A stretch of DNA of 64,000 bases. Source: an uncultured Gammaproteobacteria bacterium. GTDB lineage: Bacteria; Patescibacteriota; Patescibacteriia; Magasanikbacterales; GWA2-37-8. The stretch covers positions 14,693 through 78,692 of the forward strand of contig CAYXJO010000003.1 of assembly GCA_964465205.1 (NCBI GenBank). Reading direction: 5' to 3'. The notes under the pieces are model-generated. The model saw only the letters and a program-made list of their open reading frames with translations, searched no databases and had not been told where the DNA came from. Of this stretch, positions 19,484 through 27,229 are shown one piece after another. How positions within the stretch are numbered: position 1 is the stretch's first letter; each line of letters opens with the position of its first letter. The translations under genes and the position numbers were made by a program.

Positions 19484-20648
19484 ACGCCTTAGCTGTTTTC
19501 AACTTCATCTCCGTTTTTCGTACCACCGCCGGACGCAAATATACCATTTCGGTACGCTCGGCAATATCTTGCCAATCGTATTTGCGCGCGACGATCATGC
19601 GATTTTTTCCACCGTTCTCTTTGCAGAGTTCGGTGTTTTTTAAAAGTGCGACTAATTTATTAGTAAGAGAATCAACATTGGTATTCGCAAACAAAAAGCG
19701 GCGATCATTTACAATCTCCATGTGTTCCGGGATGTCCGAAAGTAAAACCGGTTTGGCAAAAGACATAGCTTCCAAAACCGAAATCGGCAAACCCTCATTT
19801 TCGGAAGGGTGCACCAATAAAGCACAGTTGCGATATAAATTTTCTAATTTTTCACCACGTACCCAACCGGTAAACACAATACTTTTGTCGTTGCCGACCA
19901 TATCGTGTAATTCGTTTACGTAGCGATCGGTAAACACACCGTCACCGGCGATTACCAATTTATAGTCTTTCAAAAGTCCGCGGTATTTTTTTTGCGCATC
20001 TTTCCAGGCGCGAATCAAATAGTGAGCGCCCTTATGACGTACCAAGCGGGATACCATCAAAATATATTTTCCGGATTTCAAATTATACGGCATGTTTTTA
20101 TTAGCCGCTTTTAATTTTGGCAAATTGACACCATTGGGAATATAGCTAGTGTTGCACTGGTGTTCGTTCACACAATAATTATGCAAAGTTTTGGAAACAG
20201 TAATAGTTTCGTGCGGAAAAGTACAAGCCGCCATTTCACCCAAAGCCAACATGGTTTTGGCCACAAAACCCCATTTCTGATGATAGCGATCAATACAATG
20301 AAAAGTCGCCACCACTTTGATACTAGGGGCGAATACGCGCGGTATCCAGGCCATGAGTGATGGGCCCACGCCGTGGTAATGAATTACGTCTGGTTTTTGA
20401 AAAATAGCGTGAACAGTAGAAATAAAGGTATGAAAAATCGCATCCAAATTTTTGGTGTGGATAGTTGGAGTGTGAATAATTTTTACGCCTTTGTAAGAAG
20501 TAATTTTTTTCGGGGTGAACCAATTACGCGCATATACCAAAACCCCATGGCCGTTTTCGGCCAACTGCACAGACAATTCTTCTACGTGGCGTTCGATACC
20601 ACCGTAGACGGCTGGAATGCCTTTTTGTCCAATCATGGCAATTTTCAT
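19482..20648 (-). CDS. Glycosyltransferase family 4
   Basis: GGIERHV N-terminus; EGLPISVLEAM (EX7E) motif. Confidence 0.95.
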   Translation of the reverse strand: MKIAMIGQKGIPAVYGGIERHVEELSVQLAENGHGVLVYARNWFTPKKITSYKGVKIIHTPTIHTKNLDAIFHTFISTVHAIFQKPDVIHYHGVGPSLMAWIPRVFAPSIKVVATFHCIDRYHQKWGFVAKTMLALGEMAACTFPHETITVSKTLHNYCVNEHQCNTSYIPNGVNLPKLKAANKNMPYNLKSGKYILMVSRLVRHKGAHYLIRAWKDAQKKYRGLLKDYKLVIAGDGVFTDRYVNELHDMVGNDKSIVFTGWVRGEKLENLYRNCALLVHPSENEGLPISVLEAMSFAKPVLLSDIPEHMEIVNDRRFLFANTNVDSLTNKLVALLKNTELCKENGGKNRMIVARKYDWQDIAERTEMVYLRPAVVRKTEMKLKTAKA

Positions 20649-20764
20649 AAGATGAGATTTAGGTCTCGCGTTTATTCAATTTAACATACAAGTATAAGCC
20701 AACTTGAAATGTCACGTCGCTCGTAAATGGAAAAATGAATTTTCCCATTTCCTCGCGACTTGCC

Positions 20765-20793
20765 ATTATAGCACAAATTAGGGGTCTTGTCAA
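20765..20793 (-). promoter_or_regulatory. Consensus sigma70 promoter for the GT4 gene
   Basis: Minus strand TTGACA, 17 nt, TATAAT with extended TG. Confidence 0.8.
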
Positions 20794-20863
20794 GGGTTTT
20801 TAATGGATTTTGGCCGATATTAGCCAAAAACCAATAGCGGACAAGGTACTTGGGGGCCTCTGG

Positions 20864-20892
20864 TTGACTTATGTGGTAAAATAACATATAAT
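20864..20892 (+). promoter_or_regulatory. Sigma70 promoter for tRNA-Val
   Basis: TTGACT, 17 nt, TATAAT, 12 nt before the tRNA. Confidence 0.75.
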
Positions 20893-20904
20893 ATTTCTAC
20901 TTTC

Positions 20905-20978
20905 GGGTGTTTAGCTCAGTTGGTTAGAGCATCGCGTTTACATCGCGAGGGTCGAGGGTTCGAGCCCCCCAACACCCA
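20905..20978 (+). tRNA. tRNA-Val (TAC)
   Basis: Acceptor GGGTGTT/AACACCC, D arm GCTC/GAGC, anticodon arm TCGCG-TTTACAT-CGCGA, TTCGA loop; CCA not encoded; one A.C mismatch in the T stem. Confidence 0.96.
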
Positions 20979-20979
20979 C

Positions 20980-21010
20980 AAAAAACCCATCTAGTTGATG
21001 GTGTTTTTTT
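20980..21010 (+). terminator. Terminator after tRNA-Val
   Basis: CCATC-TAGTT-GATGG flanked by A and T tracts. Confidence 0.55.
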
Positions 21011-21058
21011 GTTTTTTGTGATAAAATGTATTCAGCATTATCCATAAATAAAAATACT

Positions 21059-22231
21059 ATGATCGCAGATCGTCCCATAGTTTTACATAAAGGTATTTAC
21101 AAAAAAATTGCCACCGTGCCGGAAGCAGTGTTTATGATTACCGGTATGACCATTGGTGCTGGTGTGTTAGGCTTGCCGTTTGTGGTGGCGCAAGTCGGGC
21201 TCAAAGTCGGTTTAATTTATATTTTTGTACTTGGTATCGTCATGCTGTTTCTCAATCTCATGATGGGTGAAATTGCCGTACGTACCAAGGAGTCTTTGCA
21301 GCTGCCCGGGTTTGCCGGAAAATATTTAGGCAAATGGGCGAAATACTTGCTTTCTTTTACAATAATTTCCAGCTCCATCGGCGTTTTACTCGCATACATA
21401 GTGGGTGAAGGCGAGACGCTGGCGGCATTGTTGGGTGGCGATCCGATGTATTGGAGTGTTGGATTTTGGGTGGTGGGCAGTTTGTTTGTGATGCGCGGCT
21501 TGCAGACAATAAAAGGAATAGAAAAAGTCTTGAGTATTTTGGTGATGGCGATTATTGCGGCGTTGTCTTTTTACTTTTTACCAAAAATGGATCCCGGTAC
21601 ATGGTCGTTGGTGGATTTTAGTAAAATATTTTTGCCATACGGCGTAATTTTATTTGCATTGCACGCTACGCCGGCAGTAGTAGAGGCGCACGCGCTTTTG
21701 CCCGGAAGCCAAATGCATTTTCGACGCGCGGTAATGATTGGTACTCTGGTGCCAATGGTACTGTACATGCTGTTCGCGGCCGCAGTGGTGGGTGTGGGTG
21801 GCCGGGCTACCACTCCGGTGGCCACTATTGGCTTGGGTGCTTTTTATGGTGGTTGGGTGATGGTGGTGGGTAATTTATTTGCCGCACTAGCAATGGGCAC
21901 GGCTTTTATGGGCATGGGTATGGCGCTCAAACAGACTTATACTTGGGATTTAAAAATTAATGTGTGGCTGGCCAACGCACTGACGTTGGTAGTACCGCTT
22001 ATTTTGTTCGTCTTGGGACTCAAAAATTTTGTGGCGATTTTGGACGTAGTCGGTGGTGTGTTTATTGGTATTGAAGCAATTATGATTGTGGCGATTTGTA
22101 GTGCGGCGCGACATCGCGGTGATATCGACGGTACGCGTTTTGGTCTCAAATATTTTTGGCCGATTGCGGTGCCGGTACTGATTGTGTTTTCTCTTGCTAG
22201 TTTGATTAGTGTGGGGAAGTTATTGTATTAA
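21059..22231 (+). CDS. Aromatic amino acid permease family transporter
   Basis: ITGMTIGAGVLGLPF motif, about 11 TM helices, PYGVILFA; alternative start 21026. Confidence 0.88.
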   Translation: MIADRPIVLHKGIYKKIATVPEAVFMITGMTIGAGVLGLPFVVAQVGLKVGLIYIFVLGIVMLFLNLMMGEIAVRTKESLQLPGFAGKYLGKWAKYLLSFTIISSSIGVLLAYIVGEGETLAALLGGDPMYWSVGFWVVGSLFVMRGLQTIKGIEKVLSILVMAIIAALSFYFLPKMDPGTWSLVDFSKIFLPYGVILFALHATPAVVEAHALLPGSQMHFRRAVMIGTLVPMVLYMLFAAAVVGVGGRATTPVATIGLGAFYGGWVMVVGNLFAALAMGTAFMGMGMALKQTYTWDLKINVWLANALTLVVPLILFVLGLKNFVAILDVVGGVFIGIEAIMIVAICSAARHRGDIDGTRFGLKYFWPIAVPVLIVFSLASLISVGKLLY

Positions 22232-22242
22232 AAATAAAAAAC

Positions 22243-22335
22243 AGACCGGTATTAACATTTTAGTGCCCAGTTCGCCCGAATATTGATTTCAAATCAACGT
22301 GGGCTCATAAGTCACCAAAATGTTAATACCGGTCT
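22243..22335 (-). repeat. Dispersed ~95-nt hairpin element, copy B
   Basis: Perfect 19-bp arms AGACCGGTATTAACATTTT/AAAATGTTAATACCGGTCT around the conserved core. Confidence 0.9.
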
Positions 22336-22356
22336 TTAGTTTTACTAAATTCCCAA

Positions 22357-24102
22357 TTATTCCGTCACCAAATATCCAGCCTCGTATCCCAGATCATCTT
22401 CGGGCAATTGGTTGTTCAAATTCGGCGCGGACAGAGAAAAGTTTTTCTCGGTAAATTTATCGGTGGCGGTAAAAGAAATATTTTTTATCAGCGCAATGTC
22501 GTGGTCGACTAGAGTGGCAGCAGGCGTGACTGCGACTTCGAAATACAAACCAGTAATACTATTGGCGGGAATGGCGGTGTGCCCCCAGGTAGCGGCCTGT
22601 GCAATTTCGTCGAGCGTAATTTTTGGTCCAATACTCACGCTTTGTTTGCCGGTAAATTCCACGCCGGGTGAAAGGGTCGCGCTAAAGCGCGCATTTTTGA
22701 TTTCGTTAGTGGTATTAAGTACCTGTACAAAAATCCAATATTTGGTAGTTTCGCCCACACGTGGTGGTAGCACGCCGCGACCAACCTGATCACCTTCGGG
22801 GGTAAAATATCTGGTTTGAGCGGATAGTTTCAACTCAGTAGGAATTGGTAATTTGAGCGACTGTCCGGGATTGGCGAAATTTTGTCCGGCTAGCCCCGCC
22901 ACTTCGCCACCCACTACCGGTGTAATTTCCATATTAACATTTTCTTTTTGTCCCAAAGAAAAAGAGGGCAGTAGTTTGATATTTAATTCAGTGCTGTCTT
23001 CTGATGCGGGTTTGAGGCTGGCTAGTAGTGTACGCTTGTTTTTGTCGATTACGATTTCTCCCCCTTGCATGGTCAATCCGTTTAGTCTGGCGGTCGTTTT
23101 TGTGTCCACTACGTTTTCGGGTGTAATTTTAAGTTTAACCACGGCGTTTTTTATTTCGTACGCGCCGGTATTTTTCCAATTTACGCGCACCGGTAATATG
23201 GTGCCCGGTTCAGCATATCGGGTGTCATTTGCGATTACTGCTGATGACTGGGCGGTAGCGGATATTATATTTATGTTAGCGGTGTCGGTTTTTTGCACAA
23301 TCGTATTATTGTTGGCACTCACCGCTACGGTGAAACTGATGGTGCCCAAATCTTTTTCAACAACGATATTACCAGTGAATGGTCGCTTCTCGTTTGGGTT
23401 TAGTGCAAAGTCGGTAGAGGTGGTATCAAATGCCAGCGTTGGATTGTTGGTAGAAATTTTTATATGTTCGATTTTGTCCGCGCCGGTATTTTGAATGGTA
23501 TAAGTAAATGGCACAGTGGCACCGGATAGAGAAGTGGTAGCAATGTCCAGTTTGGTTTTGATAACCGTATCCGGTAAGTTGATAATCGCCGAAGCAGTTT
23601 TTTGTTCGGGCGGACGCTTTTCTTCTACTGGCTGATATGATAGATAAACTTTGAGCGGTGTGGCAGTGCCCGGGGTTGCCCACAGTGTGCCAAATATTTC
23701 CGCCGTACCTTTGCCGCCGGCTGTTATCGTACCCAAGTCGATCACGGATTGTTCGGATAAGTATGTTGCTGGCGTACGAGTGCGGTCAATTACGAATCCT
23801 GGTGGCAGATGGACGCTAAGTGCGGCAGGAGACAATTTGAATTTGGTACGGTTGGCGTAAGTTACTACCAGTCGCATCTGATCGCCGCTCTCTAGCCGCA
23901 TGTCACCCCAAGAAACACCAAGATCAATAAAACCAGATAAGCTGGGTTTCCAGAAAAAGAAAACCAACGACGCCCCCAGCATAATAATGGCGGTGGCCAA
24001 AAGTATCATGTCAAAAACAAACAGTTTTTTGGCATGACGATAAATCCCATAATAACGTGTATGGAAATGGCGATGACAAAAACCTAAAATTGGTTTAAAC
24101 AT
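22357..24102 (-). CDS. Membrane-anchored extracellular protein with Ig/DUF11-like beta domains
   Basis: N-terminal TM, repeated beta-rich units (YTIQNTG, WKNTG), G.LPPRVGETTKYWI motif. Confidence 0.75.
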   Translation of the reverse strand: MFKPILGFCHRHFHTRYYGIYRHAKKLFVFDMILLATAIIMLGASLVFFFWKPSLSGFIDLGVSWGDMRLESGDQMRLVVTYANRTKFKLSPAALSVHLPPGFVIDRTRTPATYLSEQSVIDLGTITAGGKGTAEIFGTLWATPGTATPLKVYLSYQPVEEKRPPEQKTASAIINLPDTVIKTKLDIATTSLSGATVPFTYTIQNTGADKIEHIKISTNNPTLAFDTTSTDFALNPNEKRPFTGNIVVEKDLGTISFTVAVSANNNTIVQKTDTANINIISATAQSSAVIANDTRYAEPGTILPVRVNWKNTGAYEIKNAVVKLKITPENVVDTKTTARLNGLTMQGGEIVIDKNKRTLLASLKPASEDSTELNIKLLPSFSLGQKENVNMEITPVVGGEVAGLAGQNFANPGQSLKLPIPTELKLSAQTRYFTPEGDQVGRGVLPPRVGETTKYWIFVQVLNTTNEIKNARFSATLSPGVEFTGKQSVSIGPKITLDEIAQAATWGHTAIPANSITGLYFEVAVTPAATLVDHDIALIKNISFTATDKFTEKNFSLSAPNLNNQLPEDDLGYEAGYLVTE

Positions 24103-24167
24103 ATATTTAAAATAGTTGGTTGTATTATATCCGTAATTTCGTTTTGGGGCAAACCTGTAGGACGGGT

Positions 24168-24205
24168 AAATAAAAACCAGCGTGTCTATGACGACACGCT
24201 GGTTT
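24168..24205 (-). terminator. Intrinsic terminator of the HTH gene
   Basis: 13-bp stem AAACCAGCGTGTC/GACACGCTGGTTT with T tract on the minus strand. Confidence 0.75.
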
Positions 24206-24214
24206 GTGAATTAT

Positions 24215-24598
24215 TTAGTTGGGTTTCTCTTCTGTTTTTTCAGTTTCGTTTTTTTCTGTAATTGGTGTGGGGTTAGTTTGGGTTTTTTCGGTTTTGGGTT
24301 TGTTGGCCACAGATTTCGGGTTGGGGGAGTAAAGTGGGTTTTTGATCTTCCATTTATCCACAAATTGTCCGATGCCACGATTGGCCAGTTTGTTCTTTAC
24401 AGTCGTATGGCGTTGTGACCATTTTACCAGACTTTCAAAATTTAGTTTGTATCTACCGGCCACAATTACATAAGTAACTTCTTGAGCAGCTACAGCTCGG
24501 CGAATGGTCTGTGTGTTCACGCCAAATAGCCTGGCAGCCTCTGATACAGAGACCCTTACCAGCTCTTTGTTATCCGTCGGTTTAGTTGTCTCAGCCAT
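24215..24598 (-). CDS. Small helix-turn-helix DNA-binding protein (excisionase/MerR-like HTH)
   Basis: VSVSEAARLFGVNTQTIRRAV...GRYKL pattern. Confidence 0.85.
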   Translation of the reverse strand: MAETTKPTDNKELVRVSVSEAARLFGVNTQTIRRAVAAQEVTYVIVAGRYKLNFESLVKWSQRHTTVKNKLANRGIGQFVDKWKIKNPLYSPNPKSVANKPKTEKTQTNPTPITEKNETEKTEEKPN

Positions 24599-24599
24599 A

Positions 24600-24783
24600 G
24601 ATTTGTATAGATTAGTGTATACAAATCATAGCACATTTTGAGTATTTTGTCAAGTACCCGAAGTCTCTTTTGGGCTATTTTCTATAAAATTTGTATACAC
24701 TAGTCTATACAAATTTTAGTTTATCAGTAGTTTTTTAGCCAAAAAATAAACATCGAAGTTTGTATACACTAGTGTATACAAAC
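24600..24783. repeat. Three palindromes, consensus TTTGTATACACTAGTGTATACAAA
   Basis: 24600-24627 (2 mismatches), 24685-24718 (1 mismatch), 24758-24783 (perfect, 26 bp). Confidence 0.92.
24625..24653 (-). promoter_or_regulatory. Sigma70 promoter of the HTH gene
   Basis: Minus strand TTGACA, 17 nt, TG-C-TATGAT; overlaps palindrome 1. Confidence 0.75.
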
Positions 24784-24858
24784 GAGTATATATAGAAATA
24801 TATTGAAACCCAAATCAGTATATATAAGACAAAAGCATGGTATATTCCGCGGCTGTTT

Positions 24859-24912
24859 TTATCCACAGATTACCCTTTTTTGTTTGACCGAGGTGCTTTT
24901 TTCTGATAGTAT
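24859..24912 (+). promoter_or_regulatory. DnaA box plus sigma70-like promoter upstream of the ECF sigma gene
   Basis: TTATCCACA 24859-24867; TTGACC 24884-24889, 17 nt, TG-A-TAGTAT. Confidence 0.5.
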
Positions 24913-25003
24913 TATGTTCACTTGAATATAGCGGGAAATGATAGTATTTCCTTTTTTTGGTAGTAAGTTCTAATAGTTGCAGAATTGGTGGTAACACGGT
25001 AAC

Positions 25004-25029
25004 TGTAACATTTAATTAATTATTACGTC
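25004..25029 (+). promoter_or_regulatory. ECF-type autoregulatory promoter
   Basis: TGTAAC, 16 nt, CGTC ending 7 nt before the sigma factor ATG. Confidence 0.7.
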
Positions 25030-25036
25030 TTCTATA

Positions 25037-25582
25037 ATGTCCTCTATTTCCGAAAAATTATTACTGTACCGCCTGCAAAGCAAACACGACCCAGAGGCCT
25101 TCGCTGCCCTTTACGACGAATACATCAAACGAATTTACCGCTTCGTCTATTTTAAAGTTAATAATGCCACCGAGGCGGAAGATATCACTTCTGAAGTTTT
25201 TCTCAAAGCTTGGAACTATATCATTAATAATGATGGCGCGGAGATAAAAAGTTTTTCCGGTTTGCTCTATCGCATTGCGCGCAACAGTATCATTGATCTG
25301 TATCGTCATAAAGCGACGCACAATGAAACAGTGCTCGAGCCGGAACAAGAAATCGGCGATGGTGGAAAATGGTATGCCGACCTCAATAAACAAATTGACA
25401 ATCAGAAAATAATTCAAGCGATAAAAAAATTAAAACAAGAATATCAAGAAGTCGTCACTCTCAAATATGTGGATGAACTCCAGATAGAAGAGATTGCCGA
25501 GATCACCGGTAAGGGAAATATCGCGGTGCGCGTCACACTCCATCGCGCTATAAAAAAATTAAAAGATCTGGTAGGGGAGTAA
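25037..25582 (+). CDS. ECF RNA polymerase sigma factor
   Basis: AEDITSEVFLKAW, LYRIARN region 2; EEIAEITGK..AVRVTLHRA region 4. Confidence 0.96.
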   Translation: MSSISEKLLLYRLQSKHDPEAFAALYDEYIKRIYRFVYFKVNNATEAEDITSEVFLKAWNYIINNDGAEIKSFSGLLYRIARNSIIDLYRHKATHNETVLEPEQEIGDGGKWYADLNKQIDNQKIIQAIKKLKQEYQEVVTLKYVDELQIEEIAEITGKGNIAVRVTLHRAIKKLKDLVGE

Positions 25583-25613
25583 TAAATAAAATTTCAAGAC
25601 TTAAATTGCCAAC

Positions 25614-26963
25614 ATGTCACACGACATCAAAGCACAACTCAAGGGTCTGAAACACACCGCGGTGAATCCGCGTGAAGATTGGTTGCAAAACAACCGTGCT
25701 TTGTTGTTGTCTCAAGTACGCAATACCGTGGGGGCCAAACATGAATCCAGTTTCAATCTCAACCAGGTTTGGTCTGCTCTATCTATTTTCTTGCCAACTT
25801 CATTTGTATATAATGTTATGCGTCCGGTGGCAGTACTCGCCATCGTGCTTATGGTTGGTACTAGTGGTTGGATTGCGACCGTGGATGCTTCTTTTGAATC
25901 TCTGCCCGGTGATACTCTGTATGGCGCCAAGCGTGCAGTAGAGAAAACCCAACTTGCACTCACTTCTTTGTCTGGCAACAAAACCGCAGAGACCAAACTG
26001 CACGCCACTTTTGCTTTGCGTCGCGTATCAGAAGTGAAAAAGATTTCCGTGAGCAGTGATCCGGTGAAGCAAGCCAAAGTGCCGGAAGCCATGGCGGATC
26101 TCAAAACCGAAATTCAAGCAGTCAATAATAGCTTGGATCAAGTAAAGCCGGTGGTCAGTGCCGATACTATTAAAGATGTCAAAAAAGACACCGAAGAAGT
26201 CAAAGCCGTACTGGAAACCATTAAAGATAATTTACAAAGCGCGCCGATCAGCAGTGAAAGTTTGGCGGCTGTTTCCGAAGCCAAGGATTTGGCCAAAGAT
26301 ACTGCGGTCAAAGCCGTAGAGATTATTGTGGACAAACATTTGGCTGGTGATACCAGTGTGACCAAAGAAGAAGTGAAAAAAGAATTAGACAAAACTCTGG
26401 CCAGTGCCGCTACCGATATTACCGAAAACAAACAAAATATCGAAGGCGTGAAAACAATTGTCGATGCGGTGACTACCGAAGTAAAAGGTTTGGTGGCTGA
26501 TTCCAAAACCCTCAATTCATCTGTGTCCACCGGTACCGCTCAGAATCTCACTGCCCAAATGACCGAAATTGCATCCACCACCAAGGCCGCCGCCATTCAA
26601 ACTGATGCGGCCGCAGTTGATGGCGATAAAAAAATTGCCGAGGCCAAAATTTTGATTGGTAATAATGATCTGGCTCAAGCCGTAGCAAAAGTAAAAGAAA
26701 TCACCGCTGTGTCCAAATCAGCGGAAAAAATAAAAGATGATGCTTTGCAAACAGTGCAGAATGTTTTACCGATTGTAAGTGTAGTGAAAGACGCTCCGAT
26801 GCCGGTCTCACCAACTTCGACCAAGATTGAAGTGAAAATTGCCACTAGCACCGAAGTTACCAGCACTACTTTGCCGGTACAGATTATCGTATCTAGTACG
26901 GCACATACAGCGGCCAATACTATGGCTCCGGCAATGAAAGTAGTAGTGCCGGTGAAAAAATAA
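25614..26963 (+). CDS. Putative anti-sigma factor with DUF5667-like extracytoplasmic domain
   Basis: Follows ECF; short N-terminal domain, TM, SLPGDTLYGAKRAVE motif, helical tail. Confidence 0.75.
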   Translation: MSHDIKAQLKGLKHTAVNPREDWLQNNRALLLSQVRNTVGAKHESSFNLNQVWSALSIFLPTSFVYNVMRPVAVLAIVLMVGTSGWIATVDASFESLPGDTLYGAKRAVEKTQLALTSLSGNKTAETKLHATFALRRVSEVKKISVSSDPVKQAKVPEAMADLKTEIQAVNNSLDQVKPVVSADTIKDVKKDTEEVKAVLETIKDNLQSAPISSESLAAVSEAKDLAKDTAVKAVEIIVDKHLAGDTSVTKEEVKKELDKTLASAATDITENKQNIEGVKTIVDAVTTEVKGLVADSKTLNSSVSTGTAQNLTAQMTEIASTTKAAAIQTDAAAVDGDKKIAEAKILIGNNDLAQAVAKVKEITAVSKSAEKIKDDALQTVQNVLPIVSVVKDAPMPVSPTSTKIEVKIATSTEVTSTTLPVQIIVSSTAHTAANTMAPAMKVVVPVKK

Positions 26964-26972
26964 TAGTTTAAG

Positions 26973-27216
26973 TTTTGTCTTTCGCGGAGAGTGCAATTAT
27001 GTTGCGTTATCCGAGAGAGATAAAAGTTAGTCAGTTAATTACAAGTCTAGCAAAGGTCGAGGGAACATATAGTTCTCGTTAGGCTTTTTGTGCGGCGATT
27101 ATTGTGTAAACCGGCGTTGACCTCTCGCGCGAGCGAGAAAACAGCGCTGGGCGCGCAATGTCGTCGAAACTTTATTCGTTTGACGGGTCCTTCTGGGCAC
27201 GCGCAAGCGGATAAGG
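26973..27216 (+). promoter_or_regulatory. Structured leader (four tandem hairpins) upstream of the S-layer-like gene
   Basis: Stems at 26973-27025, 27043-27086, 27093-27166 and 27171-27216 with many plus-strand G.U pairs. Confidence 0.6.
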
Positions 27217-27229
27217 ATTATTATTTACT

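Noticed and set aside
20681-20887. 68-aa minus-strand ORF
   Set aside because: It spans two divergent consensus promoters and has no coding features.
24146-24205. GGGCAAACC as the start of a c-di-GMP-I riboswitch
   Set aside because: The following P2/P3 features are absent; the adjacent hairpin is explained as the HTH terminator.
24215-24598. Excisionase of a prophage or ICE linked to tRNA-Val
   Set aside because: No integrase, phage genes or duplicated tRNA 3' end seen in the window.
24600-24783. Palindrome trio as a CRISPR array
   Set aside because: Only three units, unequal spacing, fully palindromic AT-rich repeats, overlap with a promoter, no cas genes.
24350-25030. Replication origin
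   Set aside because: Only two separated DnaA boxes, no dnaA/dnaN nearby and no change in gene strand bias across the site.
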